A stretch of 64,000 bases of DNA from Octopus vulgaris (GCA_951406725.2 OX597828.1:67022001-67086000), one strand, 5' to 3'; positions 25,127 through 40,480 are shown, numbered from the stretch's first letter. The notes: generated by a model from the sequence alone, not told the origin. Numbers and translations: made by a program.

Positions 25127-26013
25127 GACCGTGCGAAGGAGAGGTGACGATGAATGGCTCATTTAATATACCACACGGTCGCTTACAATATATATGAAAA
25201 GGGTAAATGAGTATGAGTGCCAGAAGGAAAAGAGAGGCGACACAACTGGTAGAAGGTTAAAGAGAAGATTTTATTTAGGTGTTAACATGTGTGTGTCTGT
25301 GTGTGCGTCATAAGTACATATATAATAATAACAATAGACAGACCGTGTGTGCATTAAAATACAGAGCATTGAAAGAGTCTATAACGGGACGTTAGAAGAA
25401 TGTTCAGACACAAGGAAGATAAATACCAGTTCGTGGTTGAAGTACACGATAGTTGAAGTGCTGTAACAAGAAGTTGTGGCGAAGAAGCAAAGCCGGTTGA
25501 ATCACATGTCGTGTAAGAAGTTGTGGCTACTATGCCGCTGCCAGTCACTTGATACAGGAAGATCTCGCAGGTTATATTTGCTGTTAACCACGGTGAAGTA
25601 ATTCACAAACAGTGAGGAGAGAGAACCTGGCAACGGTTGCTGTGTACGTAGAGATGTTGTTGACGATGTTAAGATGAAGGCGACGGAGATGGAGGTCCTG
25701 GTACTGCTGGACGAAGTGTTGATGTTTCTCTATGTGGCTGCTGGTGTTGTCGCTAGAACTGGATGTGTGCTCTGTGGTCAGTGGTTAGACCTTAGAAGAT
25801 CTAGAACGAAAAGAGGAAATACAGTATTGAAACTAGCTTTTTTATACCATTCTATCGGCGCAACAGAAGTTTTCGGAGGTTGGCGAGAGAGATTGCTGGA
25901 GGTTTTTCGAGAGAGGTATTCGGAGATTGCGTGAGAAAAGCGTTGTTGAAGTGTTAAGTGAAATTTGGCAATCGAGGATCGAATCCACGCTATGCCTGCA
26001 TGAAGCCACTACA
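25122..26013 (-). mobile_element. Probable solo LTR (3' end lost in (TA)n)
   Basis: Minus strand starts TGTAGTG at 26013, TATAAAAA near 25845, AATAAA near 25275; the closing ACA end and a TSD were not found. Confidence 0.5.
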
Positions 26014-26193
26014 AATACGTTGTGAAATAAAAAATTTACATATTTTCCATGACAGTCATGGAAAATGTGTAGCTGTAAAAACGCAGAATTATCGGAGTAA
26101 AAGGCATTTAAAAAAGTATGTTTGTATAGAAATGTATGGATGAAGTCTTTAAGGTTTAAGATTCAAATCAAAGAAGTGCAATAATAATGTTTA

Positions 26194-26596
26194 GCAGGAG
26201 TGGCTGTGTGGTAAGTAGCTTACTAACCAACCGCATGGTTCCGGGTTCAGTCCCACTGCGTGGCATCTTGGGCAAGTGTCTTCTGCTATAGCTCCGGGCC
26301 GACCAATGCATTGTGAGTGGATTTGGTAGATGGAAACTGAAAGAAGCCTGTCGTATATATGTATATATATATGTGTGTGTGTCTGTGTTTGTCACCCTAG
26401 CATTGCTTGACAACCGATGCTGGTGTGTATATGTCCCCGTCACCTAGCGGTTCAGCAAAATGGACCGAAAGAATAAGTACTGGGCTTACAAAAGAATAAG
26501 TCCCGGGGTCGATTTCCTCGACTAAAAGGCGGTGCTCCAGCATGGCCGCAGTCAAATGACTGAAACAAGTAAAAGAGTAAAAGAGTAAAGAGTAAA
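26194..26596 (+). mobile_element. SINE family A, full length
   Basis: Family A head, internal microsatellite, (aaagagt)n tail. Confidence 0.92.
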
Positions 26597-27090
26597 GTGT
26601 TCAAAACTGTGAGTAATGAAATGCAGAATTAGGTCGGCTGATCGTGAGAATCAAATATTGTTCGCTTCGCTAAAAACTAACAACTGTAAATGCAGCTGCT
26701 ATGGGTTATTTTCCTTGAGTGTTTTTTTTTTAAAAAAAACATTCATTATATGAGGTAGATATAAAGAGTCTTCCCAGATCCCGTATTATCGAGTTTTTCA
26801 ACAATCTAAGTATGTCACGAGGTTTCCAGACATGAGTCTTTCTCGCGTGTCTACCTTCACCAAAATCAATAAAAAGATGTTGGAGGAGCTAGCTAACAAC
26901 GCCACAAACAAACACACACCGGTTTTTCACGTGTGTAGTAGATAATAATTACTGTGAAGCATTGTGTAGAATATATTGTGTAAAAGATCGTGGGTAAGGC
27001 CACGGTTGTTAAGCGGTAGTGGGGGACAAACATAGACATAATAACATACATAGATATATATATACATACATACGTACATACATACATGCA

Positions 27091-27126
<36 letters not shown>

Positions 27127-27195
27127 TGTGTGTGTGTATATACATATATACACACACACACACGTGTGTATACACACACACACACGCACACACAC

Positions 27196-27249
<54 letters not shown>

Positions 27250-27260
27250 TTCTTTACATA

Positions 27261-27563
27261 CCCCTTTCGGTCATGAATGACAATGGGATTGCACCTAGAA
27301 AGTTCTCCGACGAGGCACAAGTCCGGGCAAGGTTGTTTATGGAAGACCAGCAGTCACCCATGCATACCAGTCTCCCCTTCTCCATGCCACTGATGTTATC
27401 CAAGGGAAAGGCAAAGGCCGAAACGGCTTGGCAAAGTGACGTCACAACTGTAGTCACGCGAGAAGAAAAGTGTCTTGATAAGGAACACAACACACAACCC
27501 GGTCCGGGAATGGAACTCACTACCTCATGATTGTGAGCCCAGGGCTCTAACCACTGAGCCATA
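27261..27563 (-). mobile_element. tRNA-derived CORE-type SINE (family E)
   Basis: Minus strand tggctcagtggttaga A box, gagttccattccc B box, gtgttgtgttccttatcaagacactt CORE-like motif; embedded in (CA)n. Confidence 0.75.
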
Positions 27564-27585
27564 CACAGACACACACACAGACATA

Positions 27586-27651
<66 letters not shown>

Positions 27652-27714
27652 ATTCACTCGTTATAATATGTATATGAAATATAGTATATAGGATATATGG
27701 TGTGCACTATATAA

Positions 27715-27718
27715 AATC

Positions 27719-27774
<56 letters not shown>

Positions 27775-28258
27775 CATACATACATACATAGATACATACA
27801 TACATACATACATACATACATAGATACATACATACATACATACATAGATACATACATACATACATACATACATACATACATACATACATACATACATACA
27901 TACAGATATATATATATATATATCGTCATGTGGAACAATCGGCGCGTTAACATTGGTAAAAGACGATTTGTCTTAGAAGTATGTAAGTGAAAGAAAGATC
28001 TGACTGCGCTGATGGTTCGGTATTTAGTCTGCTGATATCGAAAAGATTGGAACACACAGACACACAAAGACACACACAGACACACACAGACACACACAGA
28101 CACACACACGCACATATACATAAACACACAAATATTTGTAATTATATATATGCGTGTGTGTGTGTGTGTATATGTCTTTGCATATGTGTATGTTCACTTT
28201 TATGCATGCCTATATGTATATGTGCATATATGTATGCATTTGTGTCTATATGTGTGTC

Positions 28259-28303
<45 letters not shown>

Positions 28304-28355
28304 GCGTGCATGCATATATATTTATACATATGTCTGTATATGTGTGTATGCATAC

Positions 28356-28420
<65 letters not shown>

Positions 28421-28520
28421 CATACATACATATATATATATACACATATATATACATATATATATGTACATATATGTATATATGCATGTATGCATCTATA
28501 TATACATATGTATATATATT

Positions 28521-28577
<57 letters not shown>

Positions 28578-28605
28578 ATCTATATATACACACATATATA
28601 TAATC
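27715..28605. repeat. Compound microsatellite block (CT, TA, TACA, TG)
   Basis: Directly visible. Confidence 0.9.
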
Positions 28606-28703
28606 ATATTTACGTATGCTCTTTACTCTTGTAGTGATTACAGTATAATTTCTCTGTCTTCGAAGAAAAGAAAGCGATAACAGAAAAGGAACTCACTTCT
28701 ACA

Positions 28704-28747
<44 letters not shown>

Positions 28748-29293
28748 CGGTGCAGCGTGTGCTACAAATTATATCAACAAACACACAATGTACAGAACAA
28801 CAATAAAAATAACAGCAATAAAAAAAAGCATTAAACAAAAACGCACAAATACGCAAAGAATAAAATAACAGTATTTTATGTTCTTCCTAAACCATTTTCA
28901 TTTTTACCGATGCTTTGGAACAGGAAAAAAAAGCAACATAAACCCAAAAATAACGTAATTTCATTTATTTCGGCAGTATTACATTTTGTTCGTATCGTGC
29001 CACCACAACCGGTAGCTTCGCAACCACCACAACCACCGCCACCATCGGCAGCACTCGCCACCACCACCACCACCGTCAGCACCGGCACCATCGCCACCAC
29101 GTCTGCCAGCACCATTATTATATACCGTAGTGTCTTTGAATCGTTAAGGGAATTCTTGGAGAAATGAAACTTCGTTTAGTTGCGATTCTTGACAAAGCTG
29201 ATATCATCATTGTATTTAATTAGGATATTTCTCAATAATGAACACCAGAGGGAGTTGCTGGCAATTGTTGGCCAAATGTGATATAGCAAATCA

Positions 29294-29329
<36 letters not shown>

Positions 29330-30074
29330 TTTCTCATTCTCTGTCTCCCTCTTTCTGTCGACCATCTTCACCTTTCACCACTTCTTTTTCTTTCTGTCTC
29401 CTCTCTTTTGCTGTATTTACATTTTCTCACTTTCTGACTTTAACTCTTCCCCTTTCTTTCCTCTTTTTTTTTTTTTTTACACTCTCTTTCTCATTTTCTC
29501 TTTCTCTCTTTACTCTCTCCTTCTACTTGCTTCTTCCTCTCTCGTTAGTTACTCATTCCTTCCCTTTTCCTCACTTTTCTTCCATTTTCTGTACTCTCCA
29601 CTCTCCTTCTCCTTTCCAACCCTCTCCTCTCCACATAATACTATTTCCATAGAGTACACTTCACCTCTACTCACTTCTAAAACTCATTGTTAGTAGACAT
29701 GCACAGTTTACGTGGCTTCCTTTCATCTACCCCCTTATACAAGCTCTAAATCATAAATTATTATTTTACTCAATCAGATAAAACGTTTGGCTAACGTCGT
29801 TTCCGAGTGTTTTTTTTATTTTTAATATACATTTTCTTCTGAACAAAGACATTTTTTCAGTTTATATAATTTAGACTGTAACAATGCAAAAATAAACATC
29901 CACAAATGTATACGACAAACTGTCCTTTTCGAAGGCAGTTAGCCTGTGGGTTATGCATTTAGCAGATTTGAAAGGCGAAGTTCTACGATATAAACTAAGT
30001 ATTTTTAACCTAAGCGTAAAAACTCTCTCAGTGAGTAAGAAAAGGTAAACTCCGAAAAAACAAACAATTACTTC

Positions 30075-30470
30075 TTATCTTTTACTTGTTTCAGTCATTA
30101 GACTGCGGCCATGTTGGGGCACCAGCTTGAAGAATTTTTAGTCGAATGAATCGACTCGAATGTTCTTGTTTAAACCCAGTTCTAAGGAACTCTTTTCGCC
30201 GAACCGCTATTTTACTGGGACGCAAATAGACCAACACCGGTTGTTCAGTGATGGTAGAATAGGGGTACAAACATAAACACTAAGACACATATGCACACAC
30301 ACATACATATATACGCAGGGTTTCTTTTAGTTTCGTCTACCAAATCCACTCACAAGGATTTGGTCGGCCCGAAGCTATAGTAAAAGACACTTATCCATAG
30401 TGTCACGTAGTGGGACTGAACCCAGATCCATGTGGTTGGGAAGCGAGCTTCTTACCACACACCCACGCCT
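30075..30470 (-). mobile_element. SINE family A, older diverged copy
   Basis: Tail-to-head similarity including ctaccaaatccactcacaagg and gtgggactgaaccc. Confidence 0.85.
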
Positions 30471-30780
30471 GGTTTATTCTGTAACATTATAAAAATCACA
30501 AGCAAATAGCAATCTTCCTCTTTGGTTGTTGCCCTTGATCCATGAGCATTTCGGTACCGATGTAGAGGAAAAACTCAACTTATCACTCTTTCTAATTATA
30601 AAGACAAATATTACTGTCTTTCTTCATAGCAATCGCAGAGAAACTACGAATATACACAAGGAACCATGGAGCCACAGAAAATAATTTACTATTACAAACA
30701 AACAACTTTTGTACGTTCAACGACGCGAGGACGTCGTTAATTCTATATTGCAACGACTGATATATAATCAGCTTAACGTC

Positions 30781-31160
30781 AGTGGAGGCGCAATGGCCCA
30801 GTGGTTAGGGCAGCGGGACTCGCGGTCGGAGGATCGCGGTTTCGACTCCCAGACCAGGCGTTGTGTGTGTTTATTGAGTGAAAATACCTAAAGCTCCACG
30901 ATGCTCCGACAGGGGGTGGTGGCGACCCCTGTTGTACTCTTTCGCCCCAACTTTCTCTCACTCTTTCTTCCTGTTTCTTCCCCGACCTCCTACGCAACTC
31001 CTGAGTCTGGATGCGCATTCATCCATCCGTCGATGCTCTCAGTGTCAGGGGTTGACCTGCTTTCTCTTACGAATAGCGGGTCTTACGAATAGCAAAGGAC
31101 CACGTTTCGGACTTCTCCCATCTTGCGAGCTCTGGGACGAAGACCGTTCGCTCAACAGCA
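30781..31160 (+). mobile_element. SINE family C, tail type 2
   Basis: Reverse complement of 21472-21849; (caacag)n tail. Confidence 0.88.
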
Positions 31161-31853
31161 ACAGCAACAGCAGCATCAAAAGCAACATCAATAATATCGC
31201 CACCATAGTCACAACAATGAAACCAACTATTTCAAGCACATTCACAACCTCAAATTCGCAAAAAATCTCGAAAACTGGGATAAAGTGACGAGCAGGATGG
31301 CCAGTCTCACTCAGAAACGGGCCAAAAGGAAGCTATCTCTGAAAAGACGAGCAGGGATGGTGAATGCTAATATCATTGCCATTATATATCCCCTCCTGAT
31401 CGTCTTTTGCCCCAGTTTCCGTCTGACCAGTTTAGAGCATCTGCACTTTTTTGTAAAAGGGATGCATTCCTCTGTTCAGGCAAAACGCTATTTTTTAAAA
31501 TGCAATGATACGCTGATAGCGAATAAATTTCTTACTTTAAAAGAAATAACTTATTACAAAAAATTAAACAACTCTCCATTCACATAAATCTCTTTAGAAA
31601 TCTTACAAACAGATAATCTTTTTCTTTTTTTTATTATTACTTTTCCCAAAAAGTTACTTTTCAAAAAGGTAAGAATTGTCGTCTGTCTACGAGGTGCATT
31701 CTTGAAGGTTTGAAACTTCGTTTTGTTGTTATGATGAAGAGACCAAGTGACAGTGTGCCAAAAGACCTAAAACTACCAGGCAAAGTAAGTCCACGGGGAC
31801 ACCGATGATAGTCCTATTTTATGTTTTATGTTTTATGTTTATATAGATATATG

Positions 31854-31904
<51 letters not shown>

Positions 31905-32056
31905 AAATGGATAAATGAATTATCTTGTTACGGATTATTCAAAATTTAACCGATACAAAATTTAACCGATAGCAAAAATCACAACAGAAAAAAACACGGT
32001 TGAGGTTACGACCATGGGGTGTCGCAACCGTGCCTTAGCGCGGATAATTGAAGTTT

Positions 32057-32387
32057 TATATATTTAGTGAAGGGAAGAAATGGAGCTGAACGAAGATTCT
32101 ACAAAATTCCTTTTTATTATTTTCTATACATGTTTCAAAGGCTGCAAATTTCCAAATTCGGATTGAATAAGGAGACCATTTTGCAGCTTTCTCTTCAGGA
32201 AAATCCAGGAATTTAAATCTCCAAACAAATGCGCAGCAAGGTATTCGAACAAAACGCTCCCTAGGAGCCCATGGTATGGCACAAAACAAAATCCGAATTT
32301 GGAAATTTGCAGCCTTTGAAACATGTGTAGAAAATAATAAAAAGGAATTTTGTAGAATCTTCGTTCAGCTCCATTTCTTCCCTTCAC

Positions 32388-32445
<58 letters not shown>

Positions 32446-32530
32446 GTGAAGGGAAGAAATGGAGCTGAACGAAGATTCTACAAAATTCCTTTTTATTATT
32501 TTCTACACATGTTTCAAAGGCTGCAAATTT
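32057..32530. mobile_element. Hammerhead-bearing fold-back element plus a third inverted terminus across (TA)n
   Basis: Arms 32061-32164 and 32289-32393; third copy at 32440-32530. Confidence 0.85.
32119..32204 (-). ncRNA. Type I hammerhead ribozyme (55-nt stem II)
   Basis: attttc-CTGAAGA-gaaagctgcaaa...tttgcagccttt-GAAA-catgta-TA-gaaaat; sister copies have catgtg, which restores the stem III C-G pair. Confidence 0.8.
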
Positions 32531-32544
32531 ATATATATATATAT

Positions 32545-32955
32545 ATATAATAAATATTAGGGAATAAATCCAAACTTACAGGGAAAAATCAGATTTAGGA
32601 TTGAATCCAATTTTATAGTAAAATATTATATTATATTAAATTAGAGACAAAACCACTATTAGGCAAATCATACAATGAAAAACTTAAGCCAATACATAAG
32701 ATTATTATATTTATATTATTTAAATATATAACAAAATTATTAAAAAATATAATTAATATCACACTACGATCGTTTCATGCCTGCTAACTTCTTCAAATTT
32801 TTGAGTCGCAGTCATTCATCAGGTGGTTTATTAATTATATTTTTTAATAATTTTGTTATATATTTAAATAATATAAATATAATAATCTTATGTATTGGCT
32901 TAAGTTTTTCATTGCATGATTTGCCTAATAGTGGTTTTGTCTCTAATTTAATATA

Positions 32956-32960
<5 letters not shown>
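32545..32960. mobile_element. Family P8 fold-back (~130-bp arms) with a hammerhead in the loop
   Basis: Arms ~32628-32757 and ~32830-32960; bounded by (TA)n. Confidence 0.85.
32762..32825 (-). ncRNA. Type I hammerhead ribozyme (canonical core)
   Basis: cac-CTGATGA-atgactgc...gcaggcat-GAAA-cgatcg-TA-gtg on the minus strand. Confidence 0.82.
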
Positions 32961-33039
<79 letters not shown>

Positions 33040-33041
<2 letters not shown>

Positions 33042-33200
33042 ACGGGCTTCTTTCAGTTTTCCTCTGTGAAATTCTCTCACAAGGCTTTGGTAAGCCCATA
33101 GCTTTAGTAGAAGACACTTGCGCGAGGTGCTACGAAGTAGGACAGAACCCGGAACCATGTGATTGGTAAGCAAGCTTCTTACCACACAGCCATGCCTGCA
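33040..33200 (-). mobile_element. SINE family A, 5' half
   Basis: Head up to gaaagaagcccg, ending at the internal microsatellite. Confidence 0.82.
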
Positions 33201-33226
33201 TCTATGTTGTATATGATGTATACATA

Positions 33227-33295
<69 letters not shown>

Positions 33296-33377
33296 TTGTA
33301 TGGAGAAAAAAACATTCAAAAACTAATATATATTTTGTTCTATTAAATGTTTGTTCTCAATATTGCTTGAGCTTTCT

Positions 33378-33475
<98 letters not shown>

Positions 33476-33799
33476 CACCATCATCGGTAATAAAATATCC
33501 ATTACAACAAAGTGTGATAAGGAGAAGATAAATTTTCCTCTGTTAATTCAATAATAATAATGGAATTATGTTTTCAACTTCTGTTTAGACTTTTTTCAGT
33601 CTGTATATATCTTTGGCATTCAACTTCTTTCGGTAACACAGTGTTGCGTTCTTAACAAATACAAGAATCAGGAAAGCTATTTTTGATTCTCTCAGAATTA
33701 CATTAATTAATGCTGTAATCTTTTTCTCGTAAAGTACACGAGATCCAAATATGTTTATTAATCTGATTGTTCATCTAAACAATATTTTAAATTAATTAC

Positions 33800-35043
<1,244 letters not shown>

Positions 35044-35044
35044 A

Positions 35045-35541
35045 TGCCAGACAGTGGCTCTCATCTTAACTGATTGGAAGTGTTATCATGTACATTGTTT
35101 TGTCTTGGTATAAAAGATGGGTTACAGCAAATATTCTGCTCAATACCACAGATTTACTTGTCAGTTGTTTGACCTTAACCAATTGAGCATGTCCCTTAGT
35201 GGCTGACGATATGTGCATCTCTGATCACGAGCATAAGTAGTGGAGGAGCATCATAGCCGTGTGTTGAGAGGGATTCTTGGAGGTTTGGATAATTCACCTT
35301 TGGAAACATGGGTGTTTCGTTCAACATCCTTAAACAGCCCTTATTCAGGGACCTTTTGAGCGGGATGGGCTACTCGACCAGAAGAAAATTCTAACTGGGC
35401 CCCATCTGCAAGGTCATGCACTGTTTATCTTGATATGAGATCACCATGTCGCGCACATATGGTTGTGATGTATGTGCCTAGTGTACCCTTATCAGACGGG
35501 TAGTCATGATGGGTATACTGAGCTTTGTATATTTTACCCCA
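35045..35541 (+). mobile_element. Family D ((TAA)n-associated ~550-bp element), ends trimmed
   Basis: Aligns with 36137-36671 and the minus-strand copies. Confidence 0.9.
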
Positions 35542-35563
35542 TAATAATAATAATAATAATAAT

Positions 35564-36070
35564 ACACTTTTCAAAAACGTGATACGAACATAAACCTGAA
35601 GTCATCATCGAAAATGATAATGCTAAGATCCTATGGGATTTTATGATTCAGTGCGACCATGAAATAGAGAATCGGAAACCAGACATAGTGTTAATTAAGA
35701 AAGAAAGCAAACGATACTGGATCATAGATATAGCATGCCCAGTTGACAACAAGGTATGCGATGAGGAAGAAAGAAAAGTCGATAGATATGACAGGTTAGC
35801 TTGGGAGGTTAAGCAGTTGTGGTCGCTGAAAAAGGTTGTAGTAATAACAATAATTGTCGGAGTCCTGGGAACAATGAGCAAAAATCTTGAGAAGTATACG
35901 GAACAAATAGGGGCTGCAGTAAGGGTGGAACGCTTACAGAAAATAGCACTGCTTAGAACCGCTCGAATACTCCGGATGGTGTTCGAAAATAAGGGTTGTT
36001 ATCTTTGTTCACTGGTAGTGAACAGCTGGCACCGTAGTACATCTCCAGCGTCAGAAGCTGTGCAAAGGAA
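35564..36070 (+). pseudogene. R4/Dong-clade retrotransposon 3' end: restriction-like endonuclease, in (TAA)n
   Basis: ENDNAKILWDF.IQCDHEIENRKPDIVLI...IIDIACP.D...KVDRY (PD-(D/E)xK), GVLG, LQKIALL.TARILR; flanked by TAA repeats, the known Dong target. Confidence 0.9.
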
Positions 36071-36136
36071 ATAATAATAATAGTAATAGTAATAAACATA
36101 ATAATAATAATGATAATAATGATAATAATAATAATA

Positions 36137-36671
36137 GCAGTACCAGGCAGTGGCTCTCATGGCTTCTGATCTTAACTGATTGGAAGTGTTATCATGTACA
36201 TTGTTTTGTCTTGGTATAAAAGATGGGCTACAGCAAATATTCTGCTCAATACCACAGATTTGCTTGTCAGTTGTTTGACCTTAACCAGTTGAGCATGTCC
36301 CTTAGTGGCTGACGATATATGCATCTCTGATCACGAGCAGAAGTAGTGGAGGAGCATCATAGCAATGTGTTGAGAGGGATTCTTTGGGGTTTGAATAGTT
36401 CACCTCTGGAAACATTGGTGGTTCTTTCAACATCCTTAAACAATCCTTATTCAGGGACCGTTTGAGCGGGATGGGCTACTCAACCCGAAGAAAATTCTAA
36501 CTGGGCCCCACCTGCAAGGTCATGTGCTGTTTATCTTGATATGTCGCGCACATATGGTTGTGATGCATGTGCCTGGTGTACCTTTATCAGACGGGTAGTC
36601 ATGATGGGTATATTGGGCTTCGTATATTTTACCCCAGTGTCACTTTGATGGCATGAACTGCTCTCTCACTC
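36137..36671 (+). mobile_element. Family D, near full length
   Basis: Flanked by (AAT)n on both sides. Confidence 0.9.
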
Positions 36672-36710
<39 letters not shown>

Positions 36711-36711
<1 letters not shown>

Positions 36712-36841
36712 TTTCTTTACTACCCACAAGGGGTTAAACAGAGAAGACAAACAAGGACAGACAAAGGTATTAAGTCGATTACATCGACCCCAGTGCGTAA
36801 CTGGTACTTAATTTATCGATCCCGAAAGGATGAAGGGCAAA
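36711..36841 (-). mobile_element. SINE family B, 3' part
   Basis: tactacccacaagggg...gaccccagtgcgtaactggtac...aaaggatgaagggcaa. Confidence 0.85.
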
Positions 36842-36870
36842 AAAAAAAAAAAAATAATAATAATAATAAT

Positions 36871-36940
36871 TGCCCTGATGCAATACCAGGCACTGACTGT
36901 CATAGCTTCTGATCTTAACTTATTGGAAGTGCTATTGTTT
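36871..36940 (+). mobile_element. Family D, 5' fragment
   Basis: tgccctgatgcaataccaggc...cttctgatcttaact, after (TAA)n. Confidence 0.8.
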
Positions 36941-37039
36941 TAGTGAAAATGTACTCCCCTTTCCACGTGATAAGTTCAGAGAGACGGAGGAGTAACAAAC
37001 ATTTTTGTTGTGCATATTTTACGAAAAATCCGTAAAATT

Positions 37040-38173
37040 ATAGCAAACTTGTTAGAGGGTCTAGTCGAGGTGCAAAAACAGCACTACTCAAAGAACAAGA
37101 ACAACAACAAATGTTACAGCAACAAACACTACAACTAATGACGTTGGTAATGAAACCAGAAAATACATTTTCACCAGACCATGTAGCATTTTCAGTAAAT
37201 GAATTTAAATATGACCCGGAAGAAGAAGTCACGTTCGAGGCATATTACCAAAAATTTGAATAAATTTTCGAAAAAGAATGCCAAGATTGGATGAATGAGA
37301 TGAAAACGCGTCTAATTCGGAGGAAACCAGCGACGGAAGAGCATGAGAAATGCTGTAACTTTATATTGCATAAAAAGTTTCTGACATAAATTTCATGGAC
37401 ACCTTTGATATTTTATGTAAGATTTTCAGTGAAAAAACATCGTTACTTACCACACGTTGGAAGTGTTTGAACCCTGATAAAGGAGATGAGAAACACTTTA
37501 CCACATATGCGGGTAGAGTGGAAAGAGAGTGTGAGATATTTAAACTGGATAAACTAACTCCAGACTCGTTCGTGTGTTTGATTTTTGCTCAGAGACTTAC
37601 TGCTAAAAAGAACACAGAAGTCGGAACGAAAATTCTCACAAAGCTGGAAACGAACCAGAAACTGTCAGAAGAGTGCGATACGATATTAAAAGTAAGACAC
37701 GACGCAGAGATTGTTTGCAGATAAAACCAGTGTGGAAGAGTTGGAAGACGGATAAAATGTTTCACAAAAAACGCTATATTCAACCGTAGATAAACCCATG
37801 TACGGCATGGAGTGATAGGTACCTGACAAAAGAGTGTCCGTTAAAAAAAAAAAAAGCAAAGTGCTTTCATTGTGGGAACACAGGACACATTAAATCGCAC
37901 TGCAGGACTAAGATGACGAAAAATTGGACCAAACGAGAAAAAATAAATAGTTTGTCACCAGAGAAAAAAGTTCGTGCAACGAACAGAAAATACATCAAGG
38001 TGAGAATCGAAATAACTAGTGTGAAAATGCAATTAGACACGGGTAGTAACATCACTATCATAAATGAAGAAACATGGCCACAAATCGGTAAGCCGAAATT
38101 ATTTAAGTCAAATAAAATAGCATCTGGTGTTACAGGAAAGAAATTATATTTCATCGGCGAATGTATTTGCAAA
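37040..38173 (+). pseudogene. Ty3/Gypsy LTR retrotransposon gag-protease remnant
   Basis: EFKYDPEEEVTFEAYY gag segment, FSEKTSLLTTRWKCL, zinc knuckle CFHCGNTGHIKSHC near 37862, aspartic protease LDTGSNITII; stops and frameshifts. Confidence 0.88.
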
Positions 38174-38233
38174 GTAATCGACTAATCGCCTTCCCCCAAA
38201 CTTTCAGGCTTCTTTGTGCTAATAGTAGAAAAG

Positions 38234-38314
<81 letters not shown>

Positions 38315-38324
38315 GTTGTTGTTG

Positions 38325-38368
<44 letters not shown>

Positions 38369-38378
38369 GTTGTTGTTG

Positions 38379-38419
<41 letters not shown>

Positions 38420-38767
38420 GAATGAGAGAGCAGTGCATGCCATCAAAGTGACACTGGGGTACAAATATACGAAGCCCAATACACTTATCATGACTACCTG
38501 TCTGATAAGGGCACACCAGGCACATGCATCACCACCGTGTGTGCGCGGCATGGTGATCTCATATCAAGATAAACAGCACATGACCTTGCAGGTGGGGCTC
38601 AGTTAGAATTTTCTTTAGGCCCAGCCCACTCAAAAAGTCCCTGAATAAGGATTGTTTAAGGATGTTGAACGAAACACCCATCTTTCCAGTGGTGAATTAT
38701 TCAAATCCCAAAAAATTCCTCTCAACACATGACTATGATGCTCCCCCACTACTTCTGCTCATGATCA
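38420..38767 (-). mobile_element. Family D, 3' part
   Basis: Reverse complement of the D 3' region, abutting (TTA)n at 38234-38419. Confidence 0.88.
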
Positions 38768-38771
38768 CACA

Positions 38772-38872
<101 letters not shown>

Positions 38873-39079
38873 AAACATGTACAGATAGTATTTATTTAAA
38901 CTGAATTTCTTTCTCACAACTCGAGTTTCAAGCCACAGCGATCACCAGGCTGGATACCGTAACTCAGTAATTCTATTACGTTTTTTTCTTTTCGTTCCTC
39001 GGTTCAGGTTTATTCTTTTCTGTTTGGCTCTTGACTCGGTGGAGCATCCAGTATGTGTCTATGCGAGAGAAAGGAGCTG

Positions 39080-39245
39080 CACAAGTAGTGGTCCGATGCT
39101 CACTTCAGCAGTGGAGGTTGGAAAAACGCGAAGTGAAATACCTTTCCAAATACCACAATGTGCCGCCGGCCCAGGTATCGAATCTATAATCTCATTATCG
39201 TAAGACCAGCATCCAAACCACTAGGTTACACGTCTTCAAACGCGC
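39080..39245 (-). mobile_element. Old tRNA-derived SINE head, degenerate
   Basis: Minus strand taacctagtggtt and gattcgatacc boxes. Confidence 0.4.
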
Positions 39246-40104
39246 TTGCGCACTCACACAGTTGCCCATGTAGTGTTGCCTTTGTATTGGCTGCTACATG
39301 TGCAGAAATGTATATCACCTATTTTTTCCTGACCACCACCACCACCACCACCACCAGTGCCACCACTTCTTTTACTACTAGCACCATCAGAATCAGAATC
39401 CATTGAGTGCATTTAGTAAAGAATGGTTGGTTGGCGAATGAAAGAAAAACAGAGAGGAAGAACTAGAAAAGGAGGGAGCGAAAAAAATGTAAGAGGCAAA
39501 AAACAACGAGTGGAAGAAGAAAAGGAAAAATGAAAATGAAAGAAAGAAATGAATGGTAGAAAGAAATTCCGGATAGAAAAAGAATGAAATAATGAAAAAG
39601 AATAAAAGAAAAACCTTGTAAAAAGGCGACCAAAAAGACAATAGTAATGAATAGATTAAGATGCAGCATCAGATGTGTTTTTGTATCTGTTTTGTCTTTC
39701 TTATCTCTTTTATCTGGTTTTCGAAGTTCTCTGTGTTTTCTATATCTTTCTTGTGTCGTTCACTTTACTTCTTGCTTTTCAAAATGGCTCAAAACCAATA
39801 GTAAAACTTGTCCCTTTCTTTTTTTATATAGAAAACATTCCCAGTGAAAATAATAGACCAGCCATGTTAATTCTTTGGATGGCTTACATCAGTTCTGAAA
39901 TCAGTTTTGCTTTTTCGTACTATGTATTTGTTGTTTCAGTTGTTTTTTTTCTTTTTTGCCTTTTTTTTGTGTCAGGTGGTGATTGTATGGAGAATATGTT
40001 GTATTATTTTGCTTTGTAGAGTATGTCTTGAATAAATTGTATTATTTTCTTTTATGGTTATTGTACTGGTTGTGTACTGAGATGATATTGTTTGAGCGGT
40101 GTTT

Positions 40105-40480
40105 TTCAATTGAAAATATCTTGTGTAGGATAGGGGCATATGTCTAATAGGGTTATATCTTGGATTATGTGCAACACTGTTAAACCTTGGAATAGTTTCT
40201 GTGTATTTGTTCGTATTTGTATATCAGAGTTAGTGCTCCGAGTTTTATTAGTACTGTTTAAACATCCAAACAACAGGCCCTGCATATATTAGTTTTAAGA
40301 TCCTTGTAAATTGGCAGTTTCTCCACCTTCCTCAAGGAAATGCTTTGATCAGAGTATAAGCTTTTTGTGCCATGTCCTTGATAATAATATCTGGATGGTC
40401 AGCCTTGATCTCTTTGCCAGCCTGAGCTGGGATGTTACAGACGACTGTGGCCAATTGCTATATACTATGTTTGGTTGATG
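40105..40480 (-). pseudogene. Degenerate R4/Dong-type RLE fragment
   Basis: Manual translation: GKEIKADHPDIIIKD, then KVEKLPIYKDLK, LIKLGAL and IQDITLL across frameshifts. Confidence 0.7.

Noticed and set aside
31285-31587. 100-aa ORF in unique-looking sequence (also 52842-53246, 63465-63842)
   Set aside because: Non-ATG starts, no recognisable motif or convincing splice context. Small host exons cannot be excluded without RNA-seq.
31994-32032. cacggttg...caaccgtg hairpin as a Helitron 3' end
   Set aside because: No matching CTRR terminus or 5' end identified; single occurrence.
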